In this document: piece by piece, positions 51,057-61,060 of the stretch
Position numbering within the stretch: the first letter of the stretch is position 1
Layout: each line of letters starts with the position of its first letter
Assembly: GCA_963667565.1 (NCBI GenBank)
Contig: OY763415.1
Coordinates: forward strand, 1,686,089-1,750,088
Reading direction: 5' to 3'
Source of the DNA: Acholeplasmataceae bacterium
GTDB lineage: Bacteria; Bacillota_I; Bacilli_A; Acholeplasmatales; Acholeplasmataceae
Length of the DNA stretch: 64,000 nt
Position numbers and translations under genes: made by a program
The notes under the pieces: model-generated
Databases searched by the model: none
What the model saw: only the letters and a program-made list of their open reading frames with translations
Told to the model about the DNA's origin: nothing

Positions 51057-51254
51057 ATGACAGGAACAGTAAAATGGTTCAATGCTGAAAAGGGATATGG
51101 ATTTATCTCAACTTCAGAAGGAAAAGATGTATTTGTACACTTTACTGCTATTCAATCTGATGGTTTTAAATCATTAGAAGAAGGCGATAAAGTAGAATTT
51201 AATGTAACTAAAAGCGATCGCGGCGAAACAGCAGCAAATGTTATTAAACTATAA
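51057..51254 (+). CDS. cspA: Cold-shock protein (paralogue)
   Basis: 62/65 aa identical to 43623-43820. Confidence 0.95.
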   Translation: MTGTVKWFNAEKGYGFISTSEGKDVFVHFTAIQSDGFKSLEEGDKVEFNVTKSDRGETAANVIKL

Positions 51255-51481
51255 ATTTTAAATAAATCTATCAAAAAAGACCGCTTTTAGTTAAGTGGTC
51301 TTTTTCTTTATATAAACATTGATATCTGTATCACGCGCTCCATCTATATACTTATAAAAACTATGCTAGTAAAAAAGCTACTTTTAATAAGACTACTTGA
51401 AAAAAAGAGATATCAAAGGTAGAATATAATTATAGAGAATATTTATAAATAACAAAAAATAAACAATTACGGGGAAAAATC

Positions 51482-52582
51482 ATGCGATGGAACAATCTTT
51501 TTTTAACAGGTGTCAATGAAGACACAAATGTGTGGCTTGCGACTAAAATTAAATTATTAAACATATCAAGCCTATTCGTGAGTATGATGTTGTTCATATT
51601 CGCACTACTTAATTTTATCTTTGAATATAATGTTGTATTGGGTATCATCAATTTAATTTCTGCAATCTTTATGTTGATTCCTTATATTTTAAACTATGCA
51701 CATCATTATTTATTATCAAGAATCACATTTGTATTGATTTCTTATATATTATTAAGTACATATTTTATTTTATATGGACCTAACCAAATATATTTTCAAT
51801 TTTATTTTTTACCAGCCGTTGGTTTACCATTCGTTTACTTTAAGAGTGAAATTGGTATATATAAATGGGTACTAAGTATTTTAGGACTCGTTTTATGGTT
51901 TGCGATAGAAATGATAGAATTAACCATTGATCCATTTTTATATATTGAAGTTGAACAATTAAAACTAACTCAAATCATCACATCTGCATTTTTATTCATG
52001 TCAATGATCATAATTTTTTCCTCGTTTTCAAATGAAAGCAAAGAACATTTTGATAGAATTAATGATATGAACGAAAAACTAAAAAAACTTTCAGAGATCG
52101 ATGACTTAACTCAAATATATAATAGAAGATATATCATGAATCAATTGAAGCATAGTTTTAGCATCAGTAAGGAAACAGGAAAACAACTCTCCATTGCTAT
52201 CTTTGATATTGATTATTTCAAACACGTCAATGATCAATTTGGCCATTATGCAGGTGATCAAGTTTTATATATGTTAAGCCAAATGGCAAAAGAACATTTT
52301 AAAGAAGAATGCATTATTGGAAGACTTGGCGGGGAAGAGTTTTGTATCATCTTCAATCATGGTGATTTAAAAGATAACAGAATGGAAGTTGAACGATTTA
52401 GAGATAAGGTTGAAAAAAATGTGTTTATTGTAGATGGTCAAAAGATTTCAATCACCATAAGCATTGGATATGCCCATTTTAGAGCCTCAATGGAAGAAAC
52501 TGAAGAATTATATAAGTTTGCAGATCAAAGACTATATATCGCCAAAAATCAAGGAAGAAATCAAGTTGTTGATCACTATTAA
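51482..52582 (+). CDS. Membrane-bound diguanylate cyclase
   Basis: Multi-TM N-terminus; DIDYFK..ND..GH..GD, RLGGEEF. Confidence 0.9.
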   Translation: MRWNNLFLTGVNEDTNVWLATKIKLLNISSLFVSMMLFIFALLNFIFEYNVVLGIINLISAIFMLIPYILNYAHHYLLSRITFVLISYILLSTYFILYGPNQIYFQFYFLPAVGLPFVYFKSEIGIYKWVLSILGLVLWFAIEMIELTIDPFLYIEVEQLKLTQIITSAFLFMSMIIIFSSFSNESKEHFDRINDMNEKLKKLSEIDDLTQIYNRRYIMNQLKHSFSISKETGKQLSIAIFDIDYFKHVNDQFGHYAGDQVLYMLSQMAKEHFKEECIIGRLGGEEFCIIFNHGDLKDNRMEVERFRDKVEKNVFIVDGQKISITISIGYAHFRASMEETEELYKFADQRLYIAKNQGRNQVVDHY

Positions 52583-52590
52583 TATAAACA

Positions 52591-52618
52591 AAAGAGCAAA
52601 GCCCACGCTTTGCTCTTT
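52591..52618. terminator. Bidirectional terminator
   Basis: aaagagcaaagc/gctttgctcttt. Confidence 0.7.
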
Positions 52619-52628
52619 ATTTATTTTC

Positions 52629-53009
52629 TTAAAGTATAACTTTTACAACTTGAAAATCATCATCTAACCATAATCCTATGACTTCAATTTCTGGATACCA
52701 TTTCTTAACTCTTTTTACAGATTCAATTAAATGAATTTTTTGTAATTCATCAGGTTCGCTAATACCAGCACAGTCAGTATGACCAACAAGAGCAACTATT
52801 TTTGATTGGTGAATTTCAACTGAAATTCTGACTCTTCGTCTTAAGTCTTTGACTAAATTAAATGGTTTTCTTCGTGCAATAACCTTAACAGGTCCAGCTA
52901 AAGTGATGGTGTCTACATAGGTAACACCATAGTTTTGTTTAATGTATTCATGGATCGCAACTTGTACTCTACCATCCATGCAATTGATTGCAGTTCCAAA
53001 TGTATTCAT
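52629..53009 (-). CDS. Beta-carbonic-anhydrase-like protein
   Basis: NCMDGR and GHTDCAG zinc ligands. Confidence 0.8.
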   Translation of the reverse strand: MNTFGTAINCMDGRVQVAIHEYIKQNYGVTYVDTITLAGPVKVIARRKPFNLVKDLRRRVRISVEIHQSKIVALVGHTDCAGISEPDELQKIHLIESVKRVKKWYPEIEVIGLWLDDDFQVVKVIL

Positions 53010-53144
53010 GAGTTTCTCCTATTTTTTAAAAGTTTATCATAAAATGAAAGGGAGTCATAATCTTTTACTTTCGTAGTAATTTTTATGATAAAATATAAAT
53101 ATAGAATCAGTAGATATTAGGATATCTATTTTAGGGGGAATTTC

Positions 53145-53552
53145 ATGTATATACTTTTAGCTCGATTTTTGTTTATTGCATTACTTATGGGTGTACCATC
53201 ATTATTTATTAAGCTTAATGCAATTAAGAACACAACTAAAGAAGATGGATTTAAATTAGAAGTTACGCTGTTTACTATTTTTATTTTTCTTATTGTTGGA
53301 TTGCAATATGTACAGATGCTTATACCTTCTGTAAAATTATTTCCAGTGATCGCAGTCGTTTGGTTAACCTTTTATGTATTTGTTGAACCGTTTATTGTTT
53401 ATAAAGTGCTCTATCAACAAACCAAAGTCTTTAACAAAAAATTCAAGGAATACTTATTTTTAACGATGCCATGGATATTTTTATTTGATGCGTTAGGGAT
53501 TGTATTAATGATGTTTGGTATTCTTTTTTTCCAAGATTTATTTCCATATTAA
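53145..53552 (+). CDS. Hypothetical membrane protein
   Basis: 4 TM segments; SD aggggg. Confidence 0.65.
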   Translation: MYILLARFLFIALLMGVPSLFIKLNAIKNTTKEDGFKLEVTLFTIFIFLIVGLQYVQMLIPSVKLFPVIAVVWLTFYVFVEPFIVYKVLYQQTKVFNKKFKEYLFLTMPWIFLFDALGIVLMMFGILFFQDLFPY

Positions 53553-53587
53553 TGATTTAGATATATGATATAGAGAGAGGTGAGCAA

Positions 53588-54148
53588 ATGAAGAAATTAT
53601 TACTTTTTTATGTATTGGTTTTAATTGTAGTTGGTTTTCCTAAACATGTGGAAGCTGAAACCATTTCATATCCATTTGATGAAATAAAAATTGTTTCAGC
53701 ATTTAAGTTTGAAATCACCATTGATCAAACCCTTAGTGAAACATCTGTTTTATATAACCAGGTGAGTGAAAACGAAGTGTTAACAATTTATGTTGGATCA
53801 CTTGAATTTATGTCAAATGGGGAAGCAGTGGAAGCATCTCCATCTATGATGATTGTTACCAATCAAAATAATGAAGATATATTAAGATGGTTGATTAATT
53901 CTGGTCTTAACGGTGATACAACGATTGATCAAAGTTATGCATCTTGGATTTTAATAGATCCACTTGTAGGTGTTGTTAAAGACTTAACTGTTTTACAAAT
54001 GGAAGTCGCATTTCATTATGATATGATTTTAGAAACATATGAATTTATTGATAATACAGGAATGAGTTTTCAAATGAATCCTAATTCATTTGTTGAAGAA
54101 AGTGATTTAGATATCATTATCTCAGCATATGTGGAGGTTACATCATGA
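53588..54148 (+). CDS. Hypothetical exported protein
   Basis: Signal-peptide-like N-terminus ending VEA; SD gaggtg. Confidence 0.65.
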   Translation: MKKLLLFYVLVLIVVGFPKHVEAETISYPFDEIKIVSAFKFEITIDQTLSETSVLYNQVSENEVLTIYVGSLEFMSNGEAVEASPSMMIVTNQNNEDILRWLINSGLNGDTTIDQSYASWILIDPLVGVVKDLTVLQMEVAFHYDMILETYEFIDNTGMSFQMNPNSFVEESDLDIIISAYVEVTS

Positions 54149-54306
54149 AAAAACTACTATATTTAGGTGCTTTCTTGGTAATGATCTTCACACTTAGTGC
54201 TTGTCAAAGTCAAAGTGATGATGATCATCAAAACTATACGCCACAAACAAATGATTCTTTAATCGATCAAATATCAAATCAAATTAAAGATGTGTTTAAA
54301 GACTAA
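54145..54306 (+). CDS. 53-aa lipoprotein not in the ORF track
   Basis: ATGA overlap; SD ggagg; MKKLLYLGAFLVMIFTLSAC lipobox; ends just before a terminator. Confidence 0.75.
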   Translation: MKKLLYLGAFLVMIFTLSACQSQSDDDHQNYTPQTNDSLIDQISNQIKDVFKD

Positions 54307-54337
54307 AAAAGGTTCATCCAATCGGATGAACCTTTTT
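54306..54337. terminator. Bidirectional terminator
   Basis: aaaaaggttcatcc/ggatgaaccttttt. Confidence 0.8.
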
Positions 54338-54943
54338 CTATTTAATACCTTTTTCAATTAAATGAACAATGTAATCAAATTTCTCAAACGTTTCTTCTTT
54401 AGTCAAACCATCTTTTTCAGTTTTTAAAAGTAAATCAGTAAGCATGACACCAAATAATTCTAGTGTGTAATAAAACTCATCTTCAGAAATATGATATAAG
54501 TCTTTTTGATATAAAGGAACTTTCGTCATTTCCATTAAGGGCGTTAATAACTTTAAGATAAAATGTTCTTTGTAAGAAAGATGTTCGACTCTTAAATACA
54601 AGATATAGTTATAAATGAGTGAATATTTACGTGTTTCTAAAAATTGATCATAGTCATATGCAAACATATCTCTAACCGTTCTAAAAATATTAAAATCATT
54701 CTTTTTAAATATATCTGGTAAATAAGCATATCTGTCTTTTTGAAGTAATGTAATTAGATAGGTTAAACACGATCCTACTGAATCAAAATAGTTATAAAAT
54801 GTCCCTCTTGAGATAGATGCATTTTTAGCAAGAGAAGATATGGTGATGTCTTGATAAAGTTTTGTTGAAAACTCTTTAAAGCAAGCATCAATCACAAAGT
54901 CTCTTTTTTCTTTGCTAATTGCAAAAAACATATCTTTAGGCAT
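54338..54943 (-). CDS. TetR/AcrR family regulator
   Basis: ITISSLAKNASISRGTFYNYF. Confidence 0.9.
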   Translation of the reverse strand: MPKDMFFAISKEKRDFVIDACFKEFSTKLYQDITISSLAKNASISRGTFYNYFDSVGSCLTYLITLLQKDRYAYLPDIFKKNDFNIFRTVRDMFAYDYDQFLETRKYSLIYNYILYLRVEHLSYKEHFILKLLTPLMEMTKVPLYQKDLYHISEDEFYYTLELFGVMLTDLLLKTEKDGLTKEETFEKFDYIVHLIEKGIK

Positions 54944-54945
54944 CT

Positions 54946-57081
54946 TTATTTCCTCTTTATTCTATAAAGTGTAGGGAGAAGTGTTAAAGTCACAAAAACA
55001 CTAACAATCATTGAAACCCACATTAATACACTGACATTAAAATGAATGGTAAGTGGACTAAACATCATGATACTTAATCCTAATGAGATTCCAAAAGCGT
55101 TAGTCATGATGGGTCTTGATGCATATTGATATGACATATCAATCGCTTCAAGATTTGACATACCTTCTTTTAAGAAATGTCTATAGGTTGAACTGTAGTG
55201 AACTGCATAGTCTATACCAACACCGATGGTGATACTAAAAATCATTACTGTTGTAATATTTAAAGGGATTTGCGTTAATCCTAAAAATCCGTATAAAGTT
55301 ATTATAGTTATAACAATAGGTAAAATACTTAATATAGCTAATTTTAAACTTCTAAGCGAAATAAGCATAAGAAGTAAAACAACACCTAAAGCAAATAAAA
55401 TACTATTTAATTGCATTTGATTAATTGAAGTGTTTAAATCCATCATTAAATATTGAACACCAGTGACTTCAACATTTGGATCATTTGAAAGAAGTGACTC
55501 AATGTTTAATAATGTTTCATTAGATAAGTCTTTTGGAAAAACCAATAATCTGACACTCATTTGATCATTGTTGATGAAATGTGTGATGATATTATCTTGA
55601 TTAGAAACAACACTTTGATAAACCATTTGAAGTTGTTGATCTGTTGAGATTTTTGCACCAGTCATTTGTTCAAACATGATGTCAAACATATGATAAGGAT
55701 TTAATATTTTAGTGGTATCATCTGAATTTGATAATGTAGATGCAATTTGATCAATATAAGTTTTGGTTTCTAATGAAATAGGTGATTGATCAAGTTTAAT
55801 ATACACATATAAAGGAATACTTCCACCGTTGACTTCACTAATCACATCCGCACTTTGTTTGACTTCTGTATAATCTTTATAAACCATTAACATATCAAAT
55901 TCATTATTGATTTTGGGCATGTAAAGAAGTGATGTGATAAGTAGTAGCAACACAATAATAACACTTGGGAATCCCCAAGCTTTTTTGAAAACATCTCTAT
56001 GTTTTGCTACTTTATGATGTTTCATTTCGATATTGATATTAGTTGATAGAATCAAAGGAAGTACAAACCAAGTTGCAACACCAGCTAAAAAGATACCAAC
56101 ACTACTATAAATGGCTAAATCAAAGACACTAGACGTATTCATTGTAAGAAGACTCAAAAAACCAGCAACAGATGTAAGTGTTGTGATAATCATAGGTACA
56201 CCAACGATCGATAGTGTCTTTACAAGTGATTCTTTTGTTGATTTTCCCTCATGCTTTAATTCCTGATAATGCGAAACAAAATGAAGACCATCCGCACTAC
56301 CAATAACGATTATAAATATTGGGACGATAGCAGTTAAAATAGAGACTTCTTTACCGATAAGTCCGATGATTCCAAGTGTCCATAAAGAACCAATACCGGC
56401 AGGTAGAACACTAAAGATGGTTGCTTTTAAATTCTTCATTTGACTTCTAAAAATCGTAAAGATTACTAAAAGTGCAAGTGGAGGAAGAATAAGCAATATT
56501 TGAATAATATAATCTGCAATTTTAATTTGTGAATAATCATCGCCTGATAAATAATAATGAGTGAAATCATAAGATGAAGCCAAATCTTCAAGACTGTGTA
56601 AATTGGTTCTATCAAAAGTGTCATTAATAAAAAGTGTATAAGATATATAGTAATGATTATTTAAAGTTGAAATAGGTGAAAATTCTTGGAAAGTGCTATA
56701 GTAAGACAAAATCACCTCAGGTGCTATATCTTGATAAGGTGTAGCCACTGTATTGATCACAAGCATCTCAGGTGCAGCACCTTCAACAAAATCAATATAA
56801 CTTGTAGTTTCAAGTGTTCGCTGTAAATCATATAATTTGTCTGTTAAACTTTGATCAAAAGTGTCACTTTCAATAAGTAGGGTGATTTGGTTTAATGCAC
56901 CAAAATCATGAGAAACATCATCAAGCGATGCTTGATATGTTGAATTGTCTGTTGAAAACAAACTAAAGTCAGTATTGAGTTTTATATGTACAATACCATA
57001 GATACTTAACATGACAGAAATTGCCATAAAAGCCATTAAGAATTTTTTAGCTTTGTAAATGAAATCTATAAATTTTTTCAT
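54946..57081 (-). CDS. MMPL/RND family transporter
   Basis: Two membrane repeats; IGSADGLH, GVGIDYAVH. Confidence 0.88.
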   Translation of the reverse strand: MKKFIDFIYKAKKFLMAFMAISVMLSIYGIVHIKLNTDFSLFSTDNSTYQASLDDVSHDFGALNQITLLIESDTFDQSLTDKLYDLQRTLETTSYIDFVEGAAPEMLVINTVATPYQDIAPEVILSYYSTFQEFSPISTLNNHYYISYTLFINDTFDRTNLHSLEDLASSYDFTHYYLSGDDYSQIKIADYIIQILLILPPLALLVIFTIFRSQMKNLKATIFSVLPAGIGSLWTLGIIGLIGKEVSILTAIVPIFIIVIGSADGLHFVSHYQELKHEGKSTKESLVKTLSIVGVPMIITTLTSVAGFLSLLTMNTSSVFDLAIYSSVGIFLAGVATWFVLPLILSTNINIEMKHHKVAKHRDVFKKAWGFPSVIIVLLLLITSLLYMPKINNEFDMLMVYKDYTEVKQSADVISEVNGGSIPLYVYIKLDQSPISLETKTYIDQIASTLSNSDDTTKILNPYHMFDIMFEQMTGAKISTDQQLQMVYQSVVSNQDNIITHFINNDQMSVRLLVFPKDLSNETLLNIESLLSNDPNVEVTGVQYLMMDLNTSINQMQLNSILFALGVVLLLMLISLRSLKLAILSILPIVITIITLYGFLGLTQIPLNITTVMIFSITIGVGIDYAVHYSSTYRHFLKEGMSNLEAIDMSYQYASRPIMTNAFGISLGLSIMMFSPLTIHFNVSVLMWVSMIVSVFVTLTLLPTLYRIKRK

Positions 57082-57108
57082 GATATCTCCTTTTTTATGT
57101 CCAAAAAT

Positions 57109-57137
57109 ATTATAATTGACACGGTGTCAATTGTCAA
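57109..57137 (-). promoter_or_regulatory. Consensus promoter of the MMPL-TetR operon with a palindromic operator in the spacer
   Basis: TTGACA-N17-TATAAT on the minus strand; palindrome aattgacac-g-gtgtcaatt at 57114-57132. Confidence 0.8.
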
Positions 57138-57166
57138 CTTAAATAAAAAGGATAGAAACTATCCTC

Positions 57167-57502
57167 TTAGTAATATCTATAAAATTTAATGATATATTTA
57201 TCTTCTAATTTTTCAAATTTGTATTCATCAATGAGTAAACCTAACGTATGAAGTGTACAAAGTGAATCATCAGATTGAAGATCCCAACCATACTCTTCTA
57301 GCTCTTTATCTCTTTCACAGTATAAGTCTTTTTTCAGTTCATCTTCTAAATCGATAGAGACATCATATAAGGTAATGATAAAAGTTGTTTTACTCTTGGT
57401 TGTTTCTAAAGAGAAGTCTAATTTTGAAAAACCTTTATTCAATACATAACTGATGATTTCTTCTGATATTTTTGCATGTTTTAGTTTTTCATGAAGCCCC
57501 AT
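57167..57502 (-). CDS. Hypothetical protein
   Basis: SD aaggag; overlaps the upstream membrane-protein gene. Confidence 0.7.
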   Translation of the reverse strand: MGLHEKLKHAKISEEIISYVLNKGFSKLDFSLETTKSKTTFIITLYDVSIDLEDELKKDLYCERDKELEEYGWDLQSDDSLCTLHTLGLLIDEYKFEKLEDKYIIKFYRYY

Positions 57503-58737
57503 GTGAAGCCCTCCTTTTTAATGGATGTTATGAGTGTTGTTATAATGACAGCGGTAAACGCTGCAGCAAATCCGTTACTATATAACAAGATGCCACCATG
57601 TAATTCTGATATGGCTTGTACAACTGGTAAATGAAGCATACCAGTAAGCACACCAACAATGATACCATATTCTCCAGAAACCGGTGCTAAACCTGTTGAA
57701 AAAATAATGGCTAAGATAACTGGAACACTTAATTCTAATTTAAACAGGTATACAACTAAGATGACACCAATCATGGGTGGAATACTATTTCTTAAATGTT
57801 TACCAAAAGCAGCAAATCCCATGATGGTAAGTAAACCACCCATGACAGGACCGCTCATCTTTACACCAATAAGTAACATAAGTGCAAGTGACGCAAGACT
57901 CGTGAGTCCAATATTAAACATCGTCATTGGTTCATTTTTTCTTCTTGTGAAGTCGGTGATAGCAATACCACTTTGTCTTAAAATGTCTTTATAACCAGTT
58001 AATTTAAAATCATTTAACCATAATCCTACAAGAATATAAATTAAAGCTAAACTTACAAATATAATAAGCAATAACGAATGAGACTCATTCGTATAGATTA
58101 AGTTTGTTTCATAATCAAGGGAGAACAACTTAAGGACACTAAAGAATACAAACGCAATAATTCCAGATGCAAAGCCAACATTATACAAATCATAACCACG
58201 ATGGAATGTAATGACTTTTTGTGATAACTCAACTAATAAAAATCCAGATAAAATACCAATAAAAAATCCAAGTGGAATCGAAATCGCATAAGATAATCCT
58301 AATCCAAAGAAGACAATACTAGAAATTGGACTTAACCCTGTTGAAAATAAAAAGATGGCAATCACACTTCTAAGATCTATGGATTTATATTTAGCATATA
58401 AATAAACACCTAAATAAATAATAGAAACATTTAAAAGATTTTTACCAAAGAAAGCAAATCCACCAATGGTTAATATACCTGCAAAGATGGAACCTGTAAC
58501 CCTTAGATCTAATTTTCTAATAATCAGATAGGTTAATAACATTAAACTCCCAGCATTAAATAAGGCAGGTCCCTCACCGCCAACAACAATATAATCTGTT
58601 AACAATATGCTTTTAGATGTTAAAATATGGATATAACCAGTGATAAACTCCCCAAACGGTTGTAAAACTAGTGAGATGATGATAAATGCAATTGAAACAT
58701 AGGGGATTAATAAATGATTCTTAATTCTCTTTTTCAT
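57481..58737 (-). CDS. DUF1576-like multi-TM membrane protein
   Basis: Internal repeat GFAFFGKN / GFAAFGKH; LYNVGF / LYSNGF. Confidence 0.7.
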   Translation of the reverse strand: MKKRIKNHLLIPYVSIAFIIISLVLQPFGEFITGYIHILTSKSILLTDYIVVGGEGPALFNAGSLMLLTYLIIRKLDLRVTGSIFAGILTIGGFAFFGKNLLNVSIIYLGVYLYAKYKSIDLRSVIAIFLFSTGLSPISSIVFFGLGLSYAISIPLGFFIGILSGFLLVELSQKVITFHRGYDLYNVGFASGIIAFVFFSVLKLFSLDYETNLIYTNESHSLLLIIFVSLALIYILVGLWLNDFKLTGYKDILRQSGIAITDFTRRKNEPMTMFNIGLTSLASLALMLLIGVKMSGPVMGGLLTIMGFAAFGKHLRNSIPPMIGVILVVYLFKLELSVPVILAIIFSTGLAPVSGEYGIIVGVLTGMLHLPVVQAISELHGGILLYSNGFAAAFTAVIITTLITSIKKEGFTWGFMKN

Positions 58738-58970
58738 TGTTCACCTCGCAAAAGATATGTTAAATTATATCATATAATATATGATAAAAAGACAACTTTA
58801 TCCATAAAACAATCATTTGAATTGAATTTAAAACAGATCTGCTTATTTTTGTCTATTTATCCAATAATCTATATGATATAGCTGTTTATGTAAACGTTCT
58901 TTTATCCTTGATTTTAATTTTTTGAGGAGTATAATCTATATGGATACTTGAAAGGAGATGACTTTATAAA

Positions 58971-59318
58971 ATGAAATTAGTCGTCTATATCATGTCTGAT
59001 ACAACTAAATTAGACAAATTTTTACACGCTTTAAAAGAAAAAAATATTAATGGTGCTACGATATTAAAAGGTACCGGTATGGCCCGCAAACTTATTGCAA
59101 ACGATGATATGGAATTTATTGGATCACTTAAAGTGTTATTCGATAATCCAAGAGTTGAATCTGATGTTGTCTTAATGGCATTAGAAGAACCTCAAGTTGA
59201 AGTAGTTTTTGAAACAATTAAAGAAGTAGTTGGTGATTTAACATGTCCAAACTGTGGTATTGCGTTTACTGTTCCGATCGATCACATCGTAGGTTTAACT
59301 AAGAAGAACAAACAGTAA
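58971..59318 (+). CDS. PII-like protein
   Basis: GATILKGTGM, GIAFTVPIDHIVG. Confidence 0.75.
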   Translation: MKLVVYIMSDTTKLDKFLHALKEKNINGATILKGTGMARKLIANDDMEFIGSLKVLFDNPRVESDVVLMALEEPQVEVVFETIKEVVGDLTCPNCGIAFTVPIDHIVGLTKKNKQ

Positions 59319-59330
59319 GGAGATAAGAAA

Positions 59331-60542
59331 TTGGATATTACAACTTTGTTATATGCCGGCATTATGATCGTGACGGGTCTTTTGTTTGGTAAACTTGCAA
59401 AAATAGTGAAACTTCCCAACGTCACTGGGTATCTTGTTGGTGGTGTTTTAATTGGACCTAGCGTTATAGGTCTTCTTGATGAATCATTTTTCGATAGTTT
59501 AAATATAGTTTCAACGGTTGCTTTAGGATTTATTGCTTTCTCAATTGGTAATGAGTTTAAGATTTCATATTTTAAACGTGTTGGACCTGGTCCAGTCATT
59601 ATCGCATTTTTCGAAGCATTATTTGGTGTATTATTTGTATTAGCAATGTTATTAGGATTCTTTGCTATAACAGACAACTTAACGATTGAAAACCTACGTT
59701 TCTCACTAGTGTTATCTGCAATTGCAGCAGCAACTGCACCAGCATCAACACTTTTAGTCGTCAGACAATATAAAGCAAAAGGACCTCTTACAGAAACTCT
59801 GATGAGTGTTGTTGCCATTGATGATTCAATCGCGATTGTTCTTTTCGGGATTTTAGTTGCGATTGCAAATGCAATTGACCCAACTGCAGTACACACATCA
59901 TTTATTCTACAAATTTTATCACCAGTGATTGAAATTATTATTTCATTAGCTGTGGGTACATTCTTTGGACTTATGGTCACATTTGGAACAAAATGGTTTA
60001 CAGGTAGAGGTAATCGTATTTCATTAACGATTGCTGCTATTTTCTTAGCAATTTTCTTTGGAGAATATTTAGGTGGTTCATCTTTACTTGCAGCGATGGT
60101 CGCTGGCGGTATATTTGCAAACCTTTCTAATAAATATGAAGAAGTTAATGGACTCATCTATTTTGTGACACCACCAATCTTTATTATGTTCTTTGTCTTA
60201 TCTGGAGCAGAACTTGATTTAGCGGTCATTACATCCATAGGTGTGATTGGATTGATTTATGCAATCTTCCGTGTTGGTGGTAAAATCTTTGGTGCATGGT
60301 TTGGTTCGAAAGTCTCAAAAGCAGAACCAATTGTTGCCAAGTATTTAGGTTGGATGCTCGTACCGCAAGAAGGTGTGTCTATCGGGTTATCGATTGCAGC
60401 TGCAACGATGTTTGCTGGAACTATGTTAGGCGAACAAATTAGAGTTGTGATTTTAGCAACTGTATTAATTTATGAACTCACAGGACCAATCATCACAAAA
60501 CTTACTTTAAAACGTGCTGGAGAAATTACAATTCAAGACTAA
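59331..60542 (+). CDS. Cation:proton antiporter (CPA family)
   Basis: LPNVTGYL..G..IGP, ATAPA, AIDD, PQEGV. Confidence 0.88.
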   Translation: MDITTLLYAGIMIVTGLLFGKLAKIVKLPNVTGYLVGGVLIGPSVIGLLDESFFDSLNIVSTVALGFIAFSIGNEFKISYFKRVGPGPVIIAFFEALFGVLFVLAMLLGFFAITDNLTIENLRFSLVLSAIAAATAPASTLLVVRQYKAKGPLTETLMSVVAIDDSIAIVLFGILVAIANAIDPTAVHTSFILQILSPVIEIIISLAVGTFFGLMVTFGTKWFTGRGNRISLTIAAIFLAIFFGEYLGGSSLLAAMVAGGIFANLSNKYEEVNGLIYFVTPPIFIMFFVLSGAELDLAVITSIGVIGLIYAIFRVGGKIFGAWFGSKVSKAEPIVAKYLGWMLVPQEGVSIGLSIAAATMFAGTMLGEQIRVVILATVLIYELTGPIITKLTLKRAGEITIQD

Positions 60543-60626
60543 ACGAAAAGCTCAATTATTTGAGCTTTTTTTATTTTATATAAATCAATGATAAAATATA
60601 AGTATCATTGATGGAGGGAAATAGAG

Positions 60627-61031
60627 ATGAAAAAATTATTTAATGATTTTGGAAAGTTTATTGCAAAAGGCAACGCTATTGATTTGGCCGTTGGTATTGT
60701 GATTGGGACTGCATTTAATGCAATTATCAAAAGTTTAGTTGCAGATATTATCATGCCACTGATTAGTTTATTAGGTGGAAAAGATATCTCAAATTGGTTT
60801 TGGGTATTAAAAGGAACTGCAACATATGATCAAACTGTAGGTTCATATATCTTCTCAGCAAACGCAGTCGTTTTATACTATGGTAATTTTATTCAATCTG
60901 TTGTAGACTTCTTAATTATTGCCTTTGCAATATTTATGGCACTTAAAGTCATTACAGCATTTCGAAATAAAATTGAAGAAGTAAAAGACCTCATTGTAAA
61001 AGATGATGATTTAGAAAAAAACGTAGACTAA
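60627..61031 (+). CDS. mscL: Large-conductance mechanosensitive channel
   Basis: FIAKGNAIDLAVGIVIG, SLVADIIMP, YGNFI. Confidence 0.93.
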   Translation: MKKLFNDFGKFIAKGNAIDLAVGIVIGTAFNAIIKSLVADIIMPLISLLGGKDISNWFWVLKGTATYDQTVGSYIFSANAVVLYYGNFIQSVVDFLIIAFAIFMALKVITAFRNKIEEVKDLIVKDDDLEKNVD

Positions 61032-61055
61032 AAAAGCTTCCTAAGAAGCTTTTTT
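61030..61055. terminator. Bidirectional terminator between mscL and mscS
   Basis: aaaaaagcttc/gaagctttttt. Confidence 0.7.
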
Positions 61056-61060
61056 CTTTA

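Noticed and set aside
59282..60157. 291-aa minus-strand ORF
   Set aside because: Antisense shadow of the clearly recognisable antiporter gene; no motifs of its own
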